A DNA stretch of 64,000 nt, taken from a virus. Taxonomy: Duplodnaviria; Heunggongvirae; Uroviricota; Caudoviricetes. Within the stretch, counting starts at the first letter, position 1, and each line of letters opens with the position of its first letter. Where the stretch lies: IMG/VR virus record IMGVR_UViG_3300035659_000001, one strand, 5' to 3'. This document shows positions 30,814 through 41,171 of this stretch, in pieces. The notes beneath the pieces are model-generated. The model did no database searches, was not told the origin of the DNA, and saw only the letters and a program-made list of their open reading frames with translations. The position numbers were made by a program, and so were the translations under genes.

Positions 30814-31308
30814 ATGACAATTTATATTACAATAGGCTTTCCTGGTTCAGGCAAAAGTACTTGGGCACGTAAAAAAGCTGCAGAAGAAAAAGATTTAATT
30901 ATAATCAACAGAGATTCAATCAGATCGATGATCAAAAACAATTACACTTTTGATTTTACTCTAGAACCTATGATCAAATGTATGACAATTGAATGCTTGA
31001 AAACTGCACTTAATTATAGCAAAAATGTAATTATTGATGAAACTAATATAACAAAACAACAAAGAAAAGTGTGGCTCAATATAGTAAAAAATAGACTATG
31101 TAATGATACAAATTGTTGTAAAATAATTTTTACTTGGTTTATAGAAAACACTAATAATGTATTGTATAGAATGAATGATGCTAGAGGCTATACTGAATCA
31201 AAATGGCAATCAATAATTAATGACATGAAACAAAAATTTGAAGAGCCTTCATTAGATGAAGGAGTAAACGAAATCATCAAAATAGGAATTATGAATGAAA
31301 AAAATTGA
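30814..31308 (+). CDS. AAA_33/polynucleotide-kinase-like P-loop protein
   Basis: 'GFPGSGKSTWA', 'INRDSIR', 'IIDETN'. Confidence 0.85.
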   Translation: MTIYITIGFPGSGKSTWARKKAAEEKDLIIINRDSIRSMIKNNYTFDFTLEPMIKCMTIECLKTALNYSKNVIIDETNITKQQRKVWLNIVKNRLCNDTNCCKIIFTWFIENTNNVLYRMNDARGYTESKWQSIINDMKQKFEEPSLDEGVNEIIKIGIMNEKN

Positions 31309-31821
31309 TTTTCCATCATTACGTCAGGCTTTTTCTTTTTCATGTGTGCAAGCGCAGTACAAACAATCTTGTCGTATTACGGTATAGATGAAGAAGAACA
31401 AAAATTAATGATTGACTTAAATACGCAAAATGATGGAACGCTACCTAAGAACATTATTTCACTATTTGAACGATTTGAGTTCAAAGTTAAATTTGGACAA
31501 ACAGGAATTAAAGGACTAAAACTTTGTATTGATAAAAATTTACCAATATTAATAAGCTTACAAGCATATCCTAAAACAATATACAAAGACTGGGAAAAAA
31601 ATAATGACAGTGGTCATTATGTTGTAGTCATTGGATATACATCAAATACAATAATTTTTTCAGACCCTTCTTGTATATATGATACTTATTTGACAAACGA
31701 TGAATTATTAGCTAGATGGCATGATATAGATCAAGAAAACAATAAATTAAAACAACATTATATTTTACCATACGGAAAACGTATTCACTACAATTCAAAT
31801 TTAATTAAGCACATGAAATAA
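31295..31821 (+). pseudogene. C39-like cysteine peptidase with an apparent 1-bp deletion at about 31346
   Basis: ATG 31295 gives MKKIDFPSLRQAFSFSC, and the shifted frame continues ASAVQ...GHYVVVIGY...FSDPS; one added G restores SCGASA. Confidence 0.75.
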
Positions 31822-31822
31822 A

Positions 31823-32572
31823 ATGAAAACTACTGACTATATATATTTTCAAGCACTATTAAATAAACGCTTGCCCAAAACTCATAAAATAACTATATTG
31901 GGTAATATTGATAATAAGCCAATGCTATGCATTCAACCAAAAATCATAAATCATGACAAAAACATTTTAATAACTGCAGGTTTTCATGGTGAAGAACGCG
32001 CTCCTTGTTGGGGCTTGTTACTCTGGTTACGTGAAATGTCTTTAATTAAAGCGAATGTGACAATAATACCTGTTGTTAATCCAGACGGTTTTAGTAAAGG
32101 CACTAGATACAATCAATGGAATGAAATAGATAATGATGGATTTATTGATGAAAATCCTAATTTATCACATGAAGGAAAAATATTATGGAAATGCAAACAA
32201 CAATTAATATTTGCTGCAAAAGATGGATTTATTTCATTACATGAAAGTCCACGACAATCAGGTTGTTATTACTATTTATTAGCTGAAAAAAATATACCAG
32301 CATTAGATGAAGCATTTAAAAAAGCAGTTTATCCTTTGACAATACTACCAAATGGCAAATATCATAATGAACTTGAAGGCTCTTATACAGTTCATAATGG
32401 CTGCGTTTTAAATCAAAAAGATAATTCATTTGAACATTATTTAAAATTGCACGAAATACCTATTTGCATTACGTCTGAAACTTCGATGATTTCAACAAGT
32501 TTTAAAAATAGAGTAGTTGTTACTCAAAGAATAATTCATTTATTTATAGAGTACATGGTGAATCATTGCTAG
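31823..32572 (+). CDS. M14-family Zn carboxypeptidase / succinylglutamate-desuccinylase-like
   Basis: 'AGFHGEE', 'VNPDGF', 'ISLHES', terminal 'SET'. Confidence 0.82.
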   Translation: MKTTDYIYFQALLNKRLPKTHKITILGNIDNKPMLCIQPKIINHDKNILITAGFHGEERAPCWGLLLWLREMSLIKANVTIIPVVNPDGFSKGTRYNQWNEIDNDGFIDENPNLSHEGKILWKCKQQLIFAAKDGFISLHESPRQSGCYYYLLAEKNIPALDEAFKKAVYPLTILPNGKYHNELEGSYTVHNGCVLNQKDNSFEHYLKLHEIPICITSETSMISTSFKNRVVVTQRIIHLFIEYMVNHC

Positions 32573-32673
32573 CATCTCTTCAACAACAATAGAGCATTTC
32601 CAGTGATTCCTAATAATTTATTTATACGTTGCGATTATTATATACTTTCAACAAGTCAAAAATAGGAGATATA

Positions 32674-33189
32674 ATGAAACATTTAGCTATTATTCAAGCA
32701 GAGTTTGAAAAATTTGCTAGAAAATGGGAAAGATTGCCACATGAATATCAAGTTGCATATATTAAACGGCATCCAGGTACAAAAAGACATGTAACAAATG
32801 CACCAACACCAAAGTCAGAGACTAATGGTCTTAAAATTCATGAACCTGCAAGAAGTCAATCACGCGTTATTTTAGACACATTAAGAGTACAAACAAATGC
32901 TGAATCAAGTAAGCCAGAAGTGCGTGAATATGTGACAATGAGAGAAGGCAATCATAATAAATATCATTATTTTGCTGTTTTTAAAGACAAGACAGGCAAT
33001 TATGTAGCAGCTAATGCTTATGGTCGAATTGGTTATCCCAATGTAAATATAGCTATTGTTGGAAGCAGTCCAAATAGAGGCAAAGCTATTGAAATTATGG
33101 CTGAAAAATTAAATAAAAAATTGAAAAAGGGTTATCAAACTACACAATTGCCAGCTGAAGCACCTAAAGTTGAGTCTTTAACTAAATAA
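32674..33189 (+). CDS. WGR-like domain protein with EFxKxA/HP leader
   Basis: AGGAG RBS; 'MKHLAIIQAEFEKFARKW'; 'NHNKYHY...AYGRIG'. Confidence 0.7.
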   Translation: MKHLAIIQAEFEKFARKWERLPHEYQVAYIKRHPGTKRHVTNAPTPKSETNGLKIHEPARSQSRVILDTLRVQTNAESSKPEVREYVTMREGNHNKYHYFAVFKDKTGNYVAANAYGRIGYPNVNIAIVGSSPNRGKAIEIMAEKLNKKLKKGYQTTQLPAEAPKVESLTK

Positions 33190-33227
33190 AAAGTTACGAC
33201 ATTTAAATTTCGTAAATCATTTGAATC

Positions 33228-33262
33228 AAAAAGGGAACTATAATCTATAGTTTCCTTTTTTT
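33228..33262 (+). terminator. Rho-independent terminator
   Basis: AAGGGAACTATA-ATC-TATAGTTTCCTT plus T-run. Confidence 0.7.
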
Positions 33263-33273
33263 ATTAAGGAGGC

Positions 33274-33513
33274 ATGTTTATGAGTCACTATCATAATACA
33301 AATGTTCCCTTTGGCAATTCGCATTTTGCATTTTCAATTAAACAAACTCCAAATGGGAATTTTATGTGGATTGCTACAGAAAAAGCTTCTGGTGCTAAAA
33401 TAATTCAAGAACAAAATGCGCAAGGATTTTTATTTGCGTCAATAGACGAAGCAAAAAAGGACTGGAATTTATTTCAAAAACATAACTGTCTTACGTGGGA
33501 GACTGTTTATTGA
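33274..33513 (+). CDS. Hypothetical protein
   Basis: AAGGAGG RBS. Confidence 0.7.
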   Translation: MFMSHYHNTNVPFGNSHFAFSIKQTPNGNFMWIATEKASGAKIIQEQNAQGFLFASIDEAKKDWNLFQKHNCLTWETVY

Positions 33514-33526
33514 ATGACATTATTAA

Positions 33527-33628
33527 ATGAACGTTGACGTTGATTATTTTAAGGAATTTGTAGCTTTATCAAAATCTCTTGAAAATAGAACACTAAAAGA
33601 ACTCCATAGATATTTATTAAGCTTATGA
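33527..33628 (+). pseudogene. Truncated paralog of the N-terminus of ORF 34193
   Basis: MNVDVDYFKEFVALSKSLENRTLKELHRYLLSL* versus NVDVDYFKKELAALSQSLENRTPDELQRYLMKL. Confidence 0.75.
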
Positions 33629-33673
33629 TGCATAAAAGTAAAATGCTACAATTTTTTAAATGAATAATAATAT

Positions 33674-34051
33674 ATGAATCCAACAATAACTGAAAAAATA
33701 ATTGATAGCTTGCTTAATCAAGGAACTGAAGGTTATGAAAATGCAGCATTCTATACAATAGTTTCAATGAGTTTAATACCTAATTATTTTAAAAATAATT
33801 CGCCAACAATTAATACTTTGCAATCATTAGGAATAAAATTAATTGAAAATGTTCAATATCCAAAAGCTACACCTATTTTTAATGTTCCTGGTCCTATATG
33901 GTGGAAAGTAAAATTACCAAAAAAATGGAAATATGTTAAACAATCTTTTATGAGTTGTTGTCTTACTGATGAAAATAATAAACCCATTCTATCAATTTTT
34001 TATAAGCAATCAATGTACGATCCAAAAGCTTATGTTGATGAAATCTTTTAA
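33674..34051 (+). CDS. Hypothetical protein
   Basis: 'VKLPKKW...LTDENNKP...IFYKQSMYDPKA'. Confidence 0.7.
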   Translation: MNPTITEKIIDSLLNQGTEGYENAAFYTIVSMSLIPNYFKNNSPTINTLQSLGIKLIENVQYPKATPIFNVPGPIWWKVKLPKKWKYVKQSFMSCCLTDENNKPILSIFYKQSMYDPKAYVDEIF

Positions 34052-34192
34052 GTGAAAGGAAAGCTATGGGACCTGTATTTTTTTCTATGTGTGTGATTTT
34101 TCTTTTGATTTTGTGTGTAGTAATTGAGTGTTGTGGACCAACTGAAAGATAAAATATCAATGCATTAATATAATAATTTACAAGGACGTACA

Positions 34193-34816
34193 ATGAAAAA
34201 CAGAAATAATGTTGATGTTGATTATTTTAAAAAAGAACTTGCAGCTTTGTCGCAATCTCTTGAAAATAGAACGCCTGATGAATTACAACGCTATTTAATG
34301 AAATTAGCTGACGTTGCAAAACCAGTAACATTTAGAATTGATTATGATGATGACCCAATTATCGTTCTTGCTAAAACTGAAAAAGCTTTAAATGCTATTG
34401 GCTTTAACATTGAATTTAAAGATGATGATTTATCACATGCTAAACAATATTTTTTAATGAGAGAACCGGCATCAGAAATGAACAAACCTGCAAAAGAACA
34501 ATTATTCAAAACACTTGATTTGGTCTATGATGTTAAAAAAGATAAAAATGGTTTTTCATTTGAAGATGTTACAGGCAAGCATAGAAATAATGTTGCATGG
34601 GATTATGAGTTAGCTGAGTATACGCCTGAGAATTACAAAATGGCAATTGAATATTTTGCTCAATATGAAGCGTATCGTTATTTTAACAAATTTATTAAAC
34701 GAATGAAGCAAGTCATAAAGTTAGATAAAGAAGAGTTTAGTTGTGCTAAGGACGAGCCTGTTAATTGGATAGATGCACAAATGAAAGCAAACGAACAATA
34801 TAAGAGTAAATTATGA
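34193..34816 (+). CDS. Hypothetical protein
   Basis: AAGGA RBS, 207 aa. Confidence 0.75.
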   Translation: MKNRNNVDVDYFKKELAALSQSLENRTPDELQRYLMKLADVAKPVTFRIDYDDDPIIVLAKTEKALNAIGFNIEFKDDDLSHAKQYFLMREPASEMNKPAKEQLFKTLDLVYDVKKDKNGFSFEDVTGKHRNNVAWDYELAEYTPENYKMAIEYFAQYEAYRYFNKFIKRMKQVIKLDKEEFSCAKDEPVNWIDAQMKANEQYKSKL

Positions 34817-34861
34817 AAAATCAATGTGTAAAATATTAAAAGAATCTATGAGGAGTAAATT

Positions 34862-35206
34862 ATGACATTTGAATTCGCGTCTTTATTTAATGCAATAGAA
34901 AACATAAATAAAGATATTACTAATGAATTTGCTGCTGGACGTAACTTGAAAGGAATACCATATCCGGGGGACCTTGTTTCAATCAAATTTAAGAATTTAA
35001 ATGATCCAAGAATATATCCAGGTTCTACAATATTACCAATTATTGCCGTAGAATTTTTAGGGCAACTTCTTTGGACATCAACTCATGATTATCGAAAATT
35101 GCTTGAAAATAGTCTGGTTCGCGAACCATTTGAACCTTTTTTACGAAGAGCATGTTTAGCAGTTATTGAAAAATCAAATTATTTAACGGAGGCTATAAAA
35201 AAATGA
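34862..35206 (+). CDS. Hypothetical protein
   Basis: GAGGAG RBS. Confidence 0.7.
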   Translation: MTFEFASLFNAIENINKDITNEFAAGRNLKGIPYPGDLVSIKFKNLNDPRIYPGSTILPIIAVEFLGQLLWTSTHDYRKLLENSLVREPFEPFLRRACLAVIEKSNYLTEAIKK

Positions 35207-35802
35207 GTGAGAATTTTACATTTTTTTGGAAAGGCCTATTTTCACAATGGCATAAGTCACCATTTATCATGTACGGCACTCTTTACAATTGTGCTGAACA
35301 ATTTATGATGGCATCAAAAGCTCGACTATTTAATGATCAACAAACTTTAAAAATGATAATGGACGAAGACAGTGCTAAAGAGCAGCAAGCTCTCGGTCGA
35401 CAAGTGAACGGCTTTGATAAAACAAAATGGGAACGTGTTGCTAGACATTTAGTTTATAGAGGAAATATTGCAAAGTTTTCTCAAAATCCATTAATTTGCA
35501 AAAAACTTGTTGCTACTGAGGGCACTACTCTAGTTGAAGCTAGTCCTATAGATAAAATTTGGGGCATAGGATTAGCTGATGATGATCCATTAGCAAAAGA
35601 TCGATTAACATGGAAAGGAAAAAATTGGTTAGGAGAAACCCTAACAAAAGTACGTGATGATATAATGAGTGGTTTTATTGGAGAATGTCGTTATTGTGTC
35701 AATAGTTCGATTTGTGTACGTTTTGATTTAATGTCAAAATGGCCAAAAGACTGTTTAGTTGAGATTAAAGACTGTATAGCTTTTAAAGATGTAATTGAAT
35801 GA
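35203..35802 (+). CDS. NADAR (YbiA) family protein
   Basis: 'FSQW', 'AEQFMMASKARLF', 'EASPIDKIWGIG', 'GKNWLG'. Confidence 0.92.
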   Translation: MSENFTFFWKGLFSQWHKSPFIMYGTLYNCAEQFMMASKARLFNDQQTLKMIMDEDSAKEQQALGRQVNGFDKTKWERVARHLVYRGNIAKFSQNPLICKKLVATEGTTLVEASPIDKIWGIGLADDDPLAKDRLTWKGKNWLGETLTKVRDDIMSGFIGECRYCVNSSICVRFDLMSKWPKDCLVEIKDCIAFKDVIE

Positions 35803-36224
35803 ACAAATTTCAAGTAGTCTTAGACGTAAAACCAACAGCCAAAGAAGAACGACAACAACTACAAGAATCTTGTGATCATAAATTTGTACATGATTCAGGT
35901 CATTGGTTTATGTGTACTAAGTGTACTTATAGAGTCAAACTTGATAGTACATTGTCGCAAGTGCGCAACAAACGGATATGGTTATTAATTACATTTTATG
36001 GGCTATTACAAATATTTCAACTGTTTTGTCTTATTTGTTTTTTCAATAAACATTTTGTAAATTACATTTTTATTTTCACAGTTTTAACATGTATAAGTTT
36101 ATTAATTTTGCGAAAATTTTATGAAAAAGAATTTAAGAAATTATCGTTATTAGAACTGATAGCAAATATATGTATTATTTCTATAGGCTGCAGTGGATTG
36201 TTAAGATTAATAAGTATTCTTTAA
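35799..36224 (+). CDS. Membrane protein with MNKF leader and Zn-ribbon
   Basis: 'MNKFQVVLD', C..C motif, three hydrophobic helices. Confidence 0.65.
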   Translation: MNKFQVVLDVKPTAKEERQQLQESCDHKFVHDSGHWFMCTKCTYRVKLDSTLSQVRNKRIWLLITFYGLLQIFQLFCLICFFNKHFVNYIFIFTVLTCISLLILRKFYEKEFKKLSLLELIANICIISIGCSGLLRLISIL

Positions 36225-36231
36225 AAAGGTA

Positions 36232-36585
36232 ATGAAAACGTTTATGTCAGATAAAGAGCTTATGCAACTAACTGAACAAGATGCACTTGAAATCACCATC
36301 TTGTTGTTCCAAGATTTGGTGGAAATAAAATCTTTTAGAAAACAAAGTAGCAAATACTTTGAAAAAGTAAAAAATTATCGTGGTCATTGTGCACTATGCG
36401 AGGTATACAAAAAAATTGCATGTGGCTGCTGTCCACTCACGCACACTAACACTAATTGTGATCTCTATGATGAATTTTGTTTTAACCACGATATTTCAGC
36501 GGCAGAAAAAATAATAAGCCTTTGCAAAAATAAACTTAGAAGTACTAATGAAAATTCGAAAGTAATGTATGGTGAAGCTCCATAA
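36232..36585 (+). CDS. Cys-rich hypothetical protein
   Basis: 'CALCE...CGCCPL...C'. Confidence 0.7.
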   Translation: MKTFMSDKELMQLTEQDALEITILLFQDLVEIKSFRKQSSKYFEKVKNYRGHCALCEVYKKIACGCCPLTHTNTNCDLYDEFCFNHDISAAEKIISLCKNKLRSTNENSKVMYGEAP

Positions 36586-36610
36586 CATTATTTTATGAAG
36601 GAGTATAAAA

Positions 36611-36940
36611 GTGGGCAAAGAAGATGGACATTTTAGGGCGTGTAGTCAATCAAATGAAGAACATGCAAGATTTGTTAGAAAAAATAAACAATTAGCACTT
36701 GCAGAAACGCCAATTGAAAAAGATCAGCGTGGTCTTGCAATTACAACCAGAACATGTAAAAATTGTGATAGAAGAATTTCATGTTCTAAAAAGAAAACAA
36801 TTGTAGTAGCAGGTAGTGCCTCTATTAGTGCTGATGACAAAGAATGCGATAATTGGAAAGAAATTCGTAGCAATGTAGTTCGAGTAAAAGAACAAAAAGC
36901 TTTGTTAAAACAATTTTCTAAGAATTTAAGAAAAAAATAA
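36611..36940 (+). CDS. Cys-containing basic hypothetical protein
   Basis: AAGGAG RBS plus GTG start; 'CKNC...C...C'. Confidence 0.7.
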   Translation: MGKEDGHFRACSQSNEEHARFVRKNKQLALAETPIEKDQRGLAITTRTCKNCDRRISCSKKKTIVVAGSASISADDKECDNWKEIRSNVVRVKEQKALLKQFSKNLRKK

Positions 36941-37665
36941 TGCAACTTGATAAATTCAATATCCTTATTAACAATAACGACGTAGTGTCACCTCATACTG
37001 CATTGTGCAAATATGCAGGCTTTAATATTAACAGATTACTTGAAAATAACAATGCTATTATATTTGGTGGTGCATTACGAGATATAGCGGCTGATGAAAG
37101 CGAACAAATTTGTGATGTTGATATTCTTTGTGATAAACATTGTATCGAGACAATTAAAATTTTTTTATTGAAGCAGCACTATGTGCAATATGACTTGTAC
37201 AAACGGTTATTAATAGATTTACAAACTGAAAATATTATAGAACTGCCATTAACATTTATTAAAGACAAAAAAATAATTCAATTAATTCAAATGAGTGATT
37301 ATTGGACATACAATAACGACGACCCATTTAAAGAAGATGAACCAAAACAAGATTTTGACAAATTACTGTCTTTTGTTTCTCAAGTTGATCTCTCATGCTG
37401 TGGACTTGCATATCATCCTAAAATGCAATGCAAATCGATTATTCAAGATGCGTTTGAAGCTTGCGTAACAAAAACAATATTTACAATGCCAAAAAGCAGA
37501 CTTTATGATTGTGTGCGAGCATCTGCAAGAATTGAAAAATTAACAAAAAGAGGCTGGGAGCTTGGCGATGTTATAAAAATAACAAATGACGACATTGATA
37601 GTATGATTTCACCAAATACGTTTGAACGACAACAGCAGGCTTTTGAAGAAGATTTGCCTTTTTAA
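36940..37665 (+). CDS. Class II-like nucleotidyltransferase (CCA-adding/poly(A) polymerase head)
   Basis: 'IFGGALRD', 'DVDIL', 'VDLSCCGLA'. Confidence 0.75.
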   Translation: MQLDKFNILINNNDVVSPHTALCKYAGFNINRLLENNNAIIFGGALRDIAADESEQICDVDILCDKHCIETIKIFLLKQHYVQYDLYKRLLIDLQTENIIELPLTFIKDKKIIQLIQMSDYWTYNNDDPFKEDEPKQDFDKLLSFVSQVDLSCCGLAYHPKMQCKSIIQDAFEACVTKTIFTMPKSRLYDCVRASARIEKLTKRGWELGDVIKITNDDIDSMISPNTFERQQQAFEEDLPF

Positions 37666-37840
37666 GGAGAAAATAAAATTATGATCAAAATTAACGCAAT
37701 AGTTACTATTCAAAACGATTTGAAACCACCCACTCGAAAACAATACTTTTCTCATTATTTATTTTGTATTTTAACTTGCATTCATTTTAAAAAAGCAAGT
37801 AGTCGAAAAATTCCTTTATTAGAACCGGAGCAAGAGTTAA

Positions 37841-38179
37841 ATGAAACAAACTGAATGTGTCGGATTAAGTGCATGTGGAGGACCTTGCGATGAAAGTTGT
37901 CCTGTAATTAGAGAAAATCAACAAGTTGTTTCTCATGTTGCTCGCAGCGATGTTGGAATGAAACAAGTTGAATCTAAACAGTCAAGACTAATTCTTTGTA
38001 GAAACTGTAATGAATGGCAACAAGCTCCAAACCCAGAACAAGGAACGTGCGCGGTCTCAGAAACAAATAATGCAACAAACTATGACACTCGATGTTTAAT
38101 GGGATTATCTGAAAAAGTTGAAGTACATAAGCATATCTACACTCTTAAAAACAGTCGATATGAAACACGAATCGAGTAA
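37841..38179 (+). CDS. Cys-rich hypothetical protein
   Basis: Multiple Cys clusters. Confidence 0.65.
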   Translation: MKQTECVGLSACGGPCDESCPVIRENQQVVSHVARSDVGMKQVESKQSRLILCRNCNEWQQAPNPEQGTCAVSETNNATNYDTRCLMGLSEKVEVHKHIYTLKNSRYETRIE

Positions 38180-38182
38180 ATA

Positions 38183-38350
38183 ATGAAACGACCTTACATG
38201 AAATGTCATGATAAAATTAAAAAAACATGCAAACGAACTGGCAATGATTGCAATCACGCTGTCAAACATAAGAAAAATAGATGGTGTGATATCGTAGACA
38301 AACTGTGCTCAACTTGTGTCCCATATAAAGGAAAACAAAATGTCTTGTAA
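38183..38350 (+). CDS. Small Cys-rich protein, 55 aa (not in ORF track)
   Basis: MKRPYMKCHD...CSTCVPYKGKQNVL. Confidence 0.55.
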   Translation: MKRPYMKCHDKIKKTCKRTGNDCNHAVKHKKNRWCDIVDKLCSTCVPYKGKQNVL

Positions 38351-38585
38351 ACTTGTACATGAAAATGGCATAGCGGCTTTCGTATGTGAAAGAGGCTCAA
38401 TGAAAACAAAAGCAAAAAGCACAGTAACTCTAAAATCCGGTGAAGAAAGATTCATCTTCAAAAACAAAAAAGACTTTAATGCGCTGTCTGAAAACAGTCC
38501 AGTTACTGTCTCAGAAAACAAATATATGTCAGAACCAAAAAATTACATTAAAAAATTCTTAACATTTAAAGAAGAACTAGAATGA
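38340..38585 (+). CDS. Hypothetical protein
   Basis: Operon ORF; start MSCKL inferred. Confidence 0.6.
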   Translation: MSCKLVHENGIAAFVCERGSMKTKAKSTVTLKSGEERFIFKNKKDFNALSENSPVTVSENKYMSEPKNYIKKFLTFKEELE

Positions 38586-38794
38586 AAGAATGTGAAAAGA
38601 AAGACGAAAATGATAGAATGTGTAAGTGTTGTACTTTCGGATTTTATAAGACAGATCTAAGTCTTTCATTTCCATATATACCACTCATAGTCACAAACAT
38701 AGTTGAAGACGGAAAAATAATGAAACAGGGCGTCTCAAGAATATCATGTCTATATGGAAAAAAGAATCGAGAGATAAATGATAAAAAATTTTAA
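38582..38794 (+). CDS. Small Cys-rich hypothetical protein
   Basis: ATGA overlap. Confidence 0.6.
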   Translation: MKECEKKDENDRMCKCCTFGFYKTDLSLSFPYIPLIVTNIVEDGKIMKQGVSRISCLYGKKNREINDKKF

Positions 38795-39191
38795 AAACTT
38801 ATTTATTAAGAAAAACTGTAGTAATTGCAATTTCAATGAAACTACACATTGCTCATGTTTCTACACTCATTCAAAATATTGCTATGACAAAGAATTTTGG
38901 CAGAAAAAACAATCATTTAAAATAAAGACACCTTGTGAAAGATTAACTGAATATCATTTAAATACATTTGGAAAATTTTCAATGAATAGAATGTGGCAAT
39001 TAAAGTCAAAGATATTTAACAAAGAACTATTAACAGACGAAGAAATCTCAATGGCAATGGTTTGCATACTACACGCTCATTCTATTTTTATTAACAATAA
39101 GAATAAAATTAAATTAGATTTACGATCACATGAATTGCTTATAGATGATAATAAATTTTATGAATGCAAACAACCTAACAGTTTTTCCTGA
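38778..39191 (+). CDS. Hypothetical protein with Cys-rich N-terminus
   Basis: 'CSNC...CSC...C'. Confidence 0.65.
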   Translation: MIKNFKNLFIKKNCSNCNFNETTHCSCFYTHSKYCYDKEFWQKKQSFKIKTPCERLTEYHLNTFGKFSMNRMWQLKSKIFNKELLTDEEISMAMVCILHAHSIFINNKNKIKLDLRSHELLIDDNKFYECKQPNSFS

Positions 39192-39251
39192 ACAATATGA
39201 AATCAATAAACTATTACCAGATAAAATCAAAAACCTGTTATAGGAGTCTAT

Positions 39252-39716
39252 ATGAAAAAGTCAAATCAATTACAATTGTTTGCTTTAAAATTACAAGCCC
39301 AAATAAAAGAAGATTTATATCGAAATAGTCCTCTTAGAAATAAATTTCAAGTTAGACCAGTTGAACAAGGCGAAGTAAAAACTTTTGAAAACGCAAAAAA
39401 CGCTAGAATAATGAATGAATCTTTTTTAATTGAAAAAATAAAAAACAAGAGTGCGATAGTGCCGTTTTTTCAACTTGATTGTTCAGATAAACTTCTCATA
39501 ACTCTTGAATCATACAAAAGTAAAAGTAATTATAAAACTATTTATGAAGATATGTTAAACCAAGAAAAAATGATATTTAAAGCATTTAAAAAACATCTTA
39601 CAAAAAAGAAACAAGGAATTTTATTGATATTAAGTGATTTTAAAGTCTATGTGAATGATAAAAATATAGGTTTCACAGCATCTGAACAAATTGGCGTGAT
39701 AGTTTTAAATAAATAG
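39252..39716 (+). CDS. Hypothetical protein
   Basis: AGGAG RBS. Confidence 0.7.
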   Translation: MKKSNQLQLFALKLQAQIKEDLYRNSPLRNKFQVRPVEQGEVKTFENAKNARIMNESFLIEKIKNKSAIVPFFQLDCSDKLLITLESYKSKSNYKTIYEDMLNQEKMIFKAFKKHLTKKKQGILLILSDFKVYVNDKNIGFTASEQIGVIVLNK

Positions 39717-39724
39717 GAGAATCT

Positions 39725-40291
39725 ATGACAAACTTATTCAAAAATATAAACAATCTTCAAACTGTTGCTAACTGTTTAAGAACATTAGCAAACACATTCA
39801 TAGCAACTAACAGTCAACTATCAACAAATTTGTACACGCTTGCTGACAATGTTATTGAAGAAATGAACACGATTAGCCGAAAAATTAATGAAAATGACTC
39901 TCAAACCACACAAAATACTCCTAATACAACTTTGGTCGATGTTGAATTAGCATCTAAATCAATTCCAACTGCTGCACTCACTTCAAATTTCTGTGAACAA
40001 TTTAACTCAAACTGTGCCTGTCTAAATTGTCACCCAATTGACTATTGTGTAGAAGATCCTTGCGTACATTGTGACGGTCCAACTAATATTATATGTGAAC
40101 CACCAAATTTAACTGATGATTTTGAATTTTGTGAAAAATGTGGTAATGTAATCGAATATCTATCATGTGAGTGCGATGAAAAACCAACAAAAATGAAAGT
40201 TTGTTTAGTCTGTAGAACATTATTATATTTTCCGTTAAAAAAATGTCCAAAATGTATGCGTGATACAACAACAGTATTAATTGAAAGATAG
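39725..40291 (+). CDS. Multi-zinc-finger protein
   Basis: AGGAG RBS; several CxxC pairs in the C-terminal half. Confidence 0.72.
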   Translation: MTNLFKNINNLQTVANCLRTLANTFIATNSQLSTNLYTLADNVIEEMNTISRKINENDSQTTQNTPNTTLVDVELASKSIPTAALTSNFCEQFNSNCACLNCHPIDYCVEDPCVHCDGPTNIICEPPNLTDDFEFCEKCGNVIEYLSCECDEKPTKMKVCLVCRTLLYFPLKKCPKCMRDTTTVLIER

Positions 40292-40301
40292 GAGGTAAAA
40301 A

Positions 40302-40469
40302 ATGGAAGATTTTATGATAGATTGGTCTAATTTACACCAAGTGTCAATGAATGAAGACACTCATTGTGGCGGTCCAAACGGGTGTGAGAGTCGAAAATTT
40401 GATGAGTCAAAGAAAGATTGTCAAGATTGCCTGGCTGAAGCTGGTGCAGAGGAAGATGATGATATATGA
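40302..40469 (+). CDS. Small acidic Cys-containing protein, 55 aa (not in ORF track)
   Basis: AGGAGG RBS; ATGA overlap with the next gene. Confidence 0.7.
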   Translation: MEDFMIDWSNLHQVSMNEDTHCGGPNGCESRKFDESKKDCQDCLAEAGAEEDDDI

Positions 40470-40732
40470 ATAAATTTTGGTATGCTACTGAACAAAGAAT
40501 CTTAAACAAATCAGGCAATATCTATTTTGCAGGAGCAACTTTATGTATTGACCACGAAAACAGAAGCGGCGGCATAGCAATAAATCAAAACGGCACAGGC
40601 TTTGTTTATGGCACATTATCTCGATTACCATATAAAAAAGAAAACGGAAAAATTTACATTCCAGACGATATCATGACTTTAGCAAAACAACTATATTACG
40701 AAACGAAAGGTCGTCATTATGTCGAAAAATAA
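40466..40732 (+). CDS. Hypothetical protein
   Basis: Operon ORF. Confidence 0.65.
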   Translation: MNKFWYATEQRILNKSGNIYFAGATLCIDHENRSGGIAINQNGTGFVYGTLSRLPYKKENGKIYIPDDIMTLAKQLYYETKGRHYVEK

Positions 40733-41138
40733 CATTTTACATATTCATAAATTCATGAAAGGTAATGAGTATTATCTAGATGACAATGAAACATATCTTG
40801 GCACAAAATCTGAAAACAGTAAACACAATTGCATGCACATTGATGAAGATGAAGCTGTTCTTCAATTTTATTTTAACTGTCTTGACTCTGGCGGAGAACA
40901 CACAACAGTTCTCGAATACTTATTCAAATACTTAACTTTAATAAAAGATAAAAATTGGCCATCAGAACACTCTGGTGAATATTATTGCATCATGCATATT
41001 TTAGAAAAAAATGATTTAATTAAAAGCGATGTCAGTATTCGTGTGCCATGGCTAACTGAAAAAGGACAATTAGCATACGATGATATTAAAAATGTCATAG
41101 AAATCCCAGAAATTATCTATCCTGAACCTATTATGTAA
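40719..41138 (+). CDS. Hypothetical protein
   Basis: C-terminal 'SIRVPWLTEKG' suggests a winged-helix-like end. Confidence 0.65.
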   Translation: MSKNNILHIHKFMKGNEYYLDDNETYLGTKSENSKHNCMHIDEDEAVLQFYFNCLDSGGEHTTVLEYLFKYLTLIKDKNWPSEHSGEYYCIMHILEKNDLIKSDVSIRVPWLTEKGQLAYDDIKNVIEIPEIIYPEPIM

Positions 41139-41171
41139 AAGTATGAGTACACCATAAATGAAAGGTAAACT

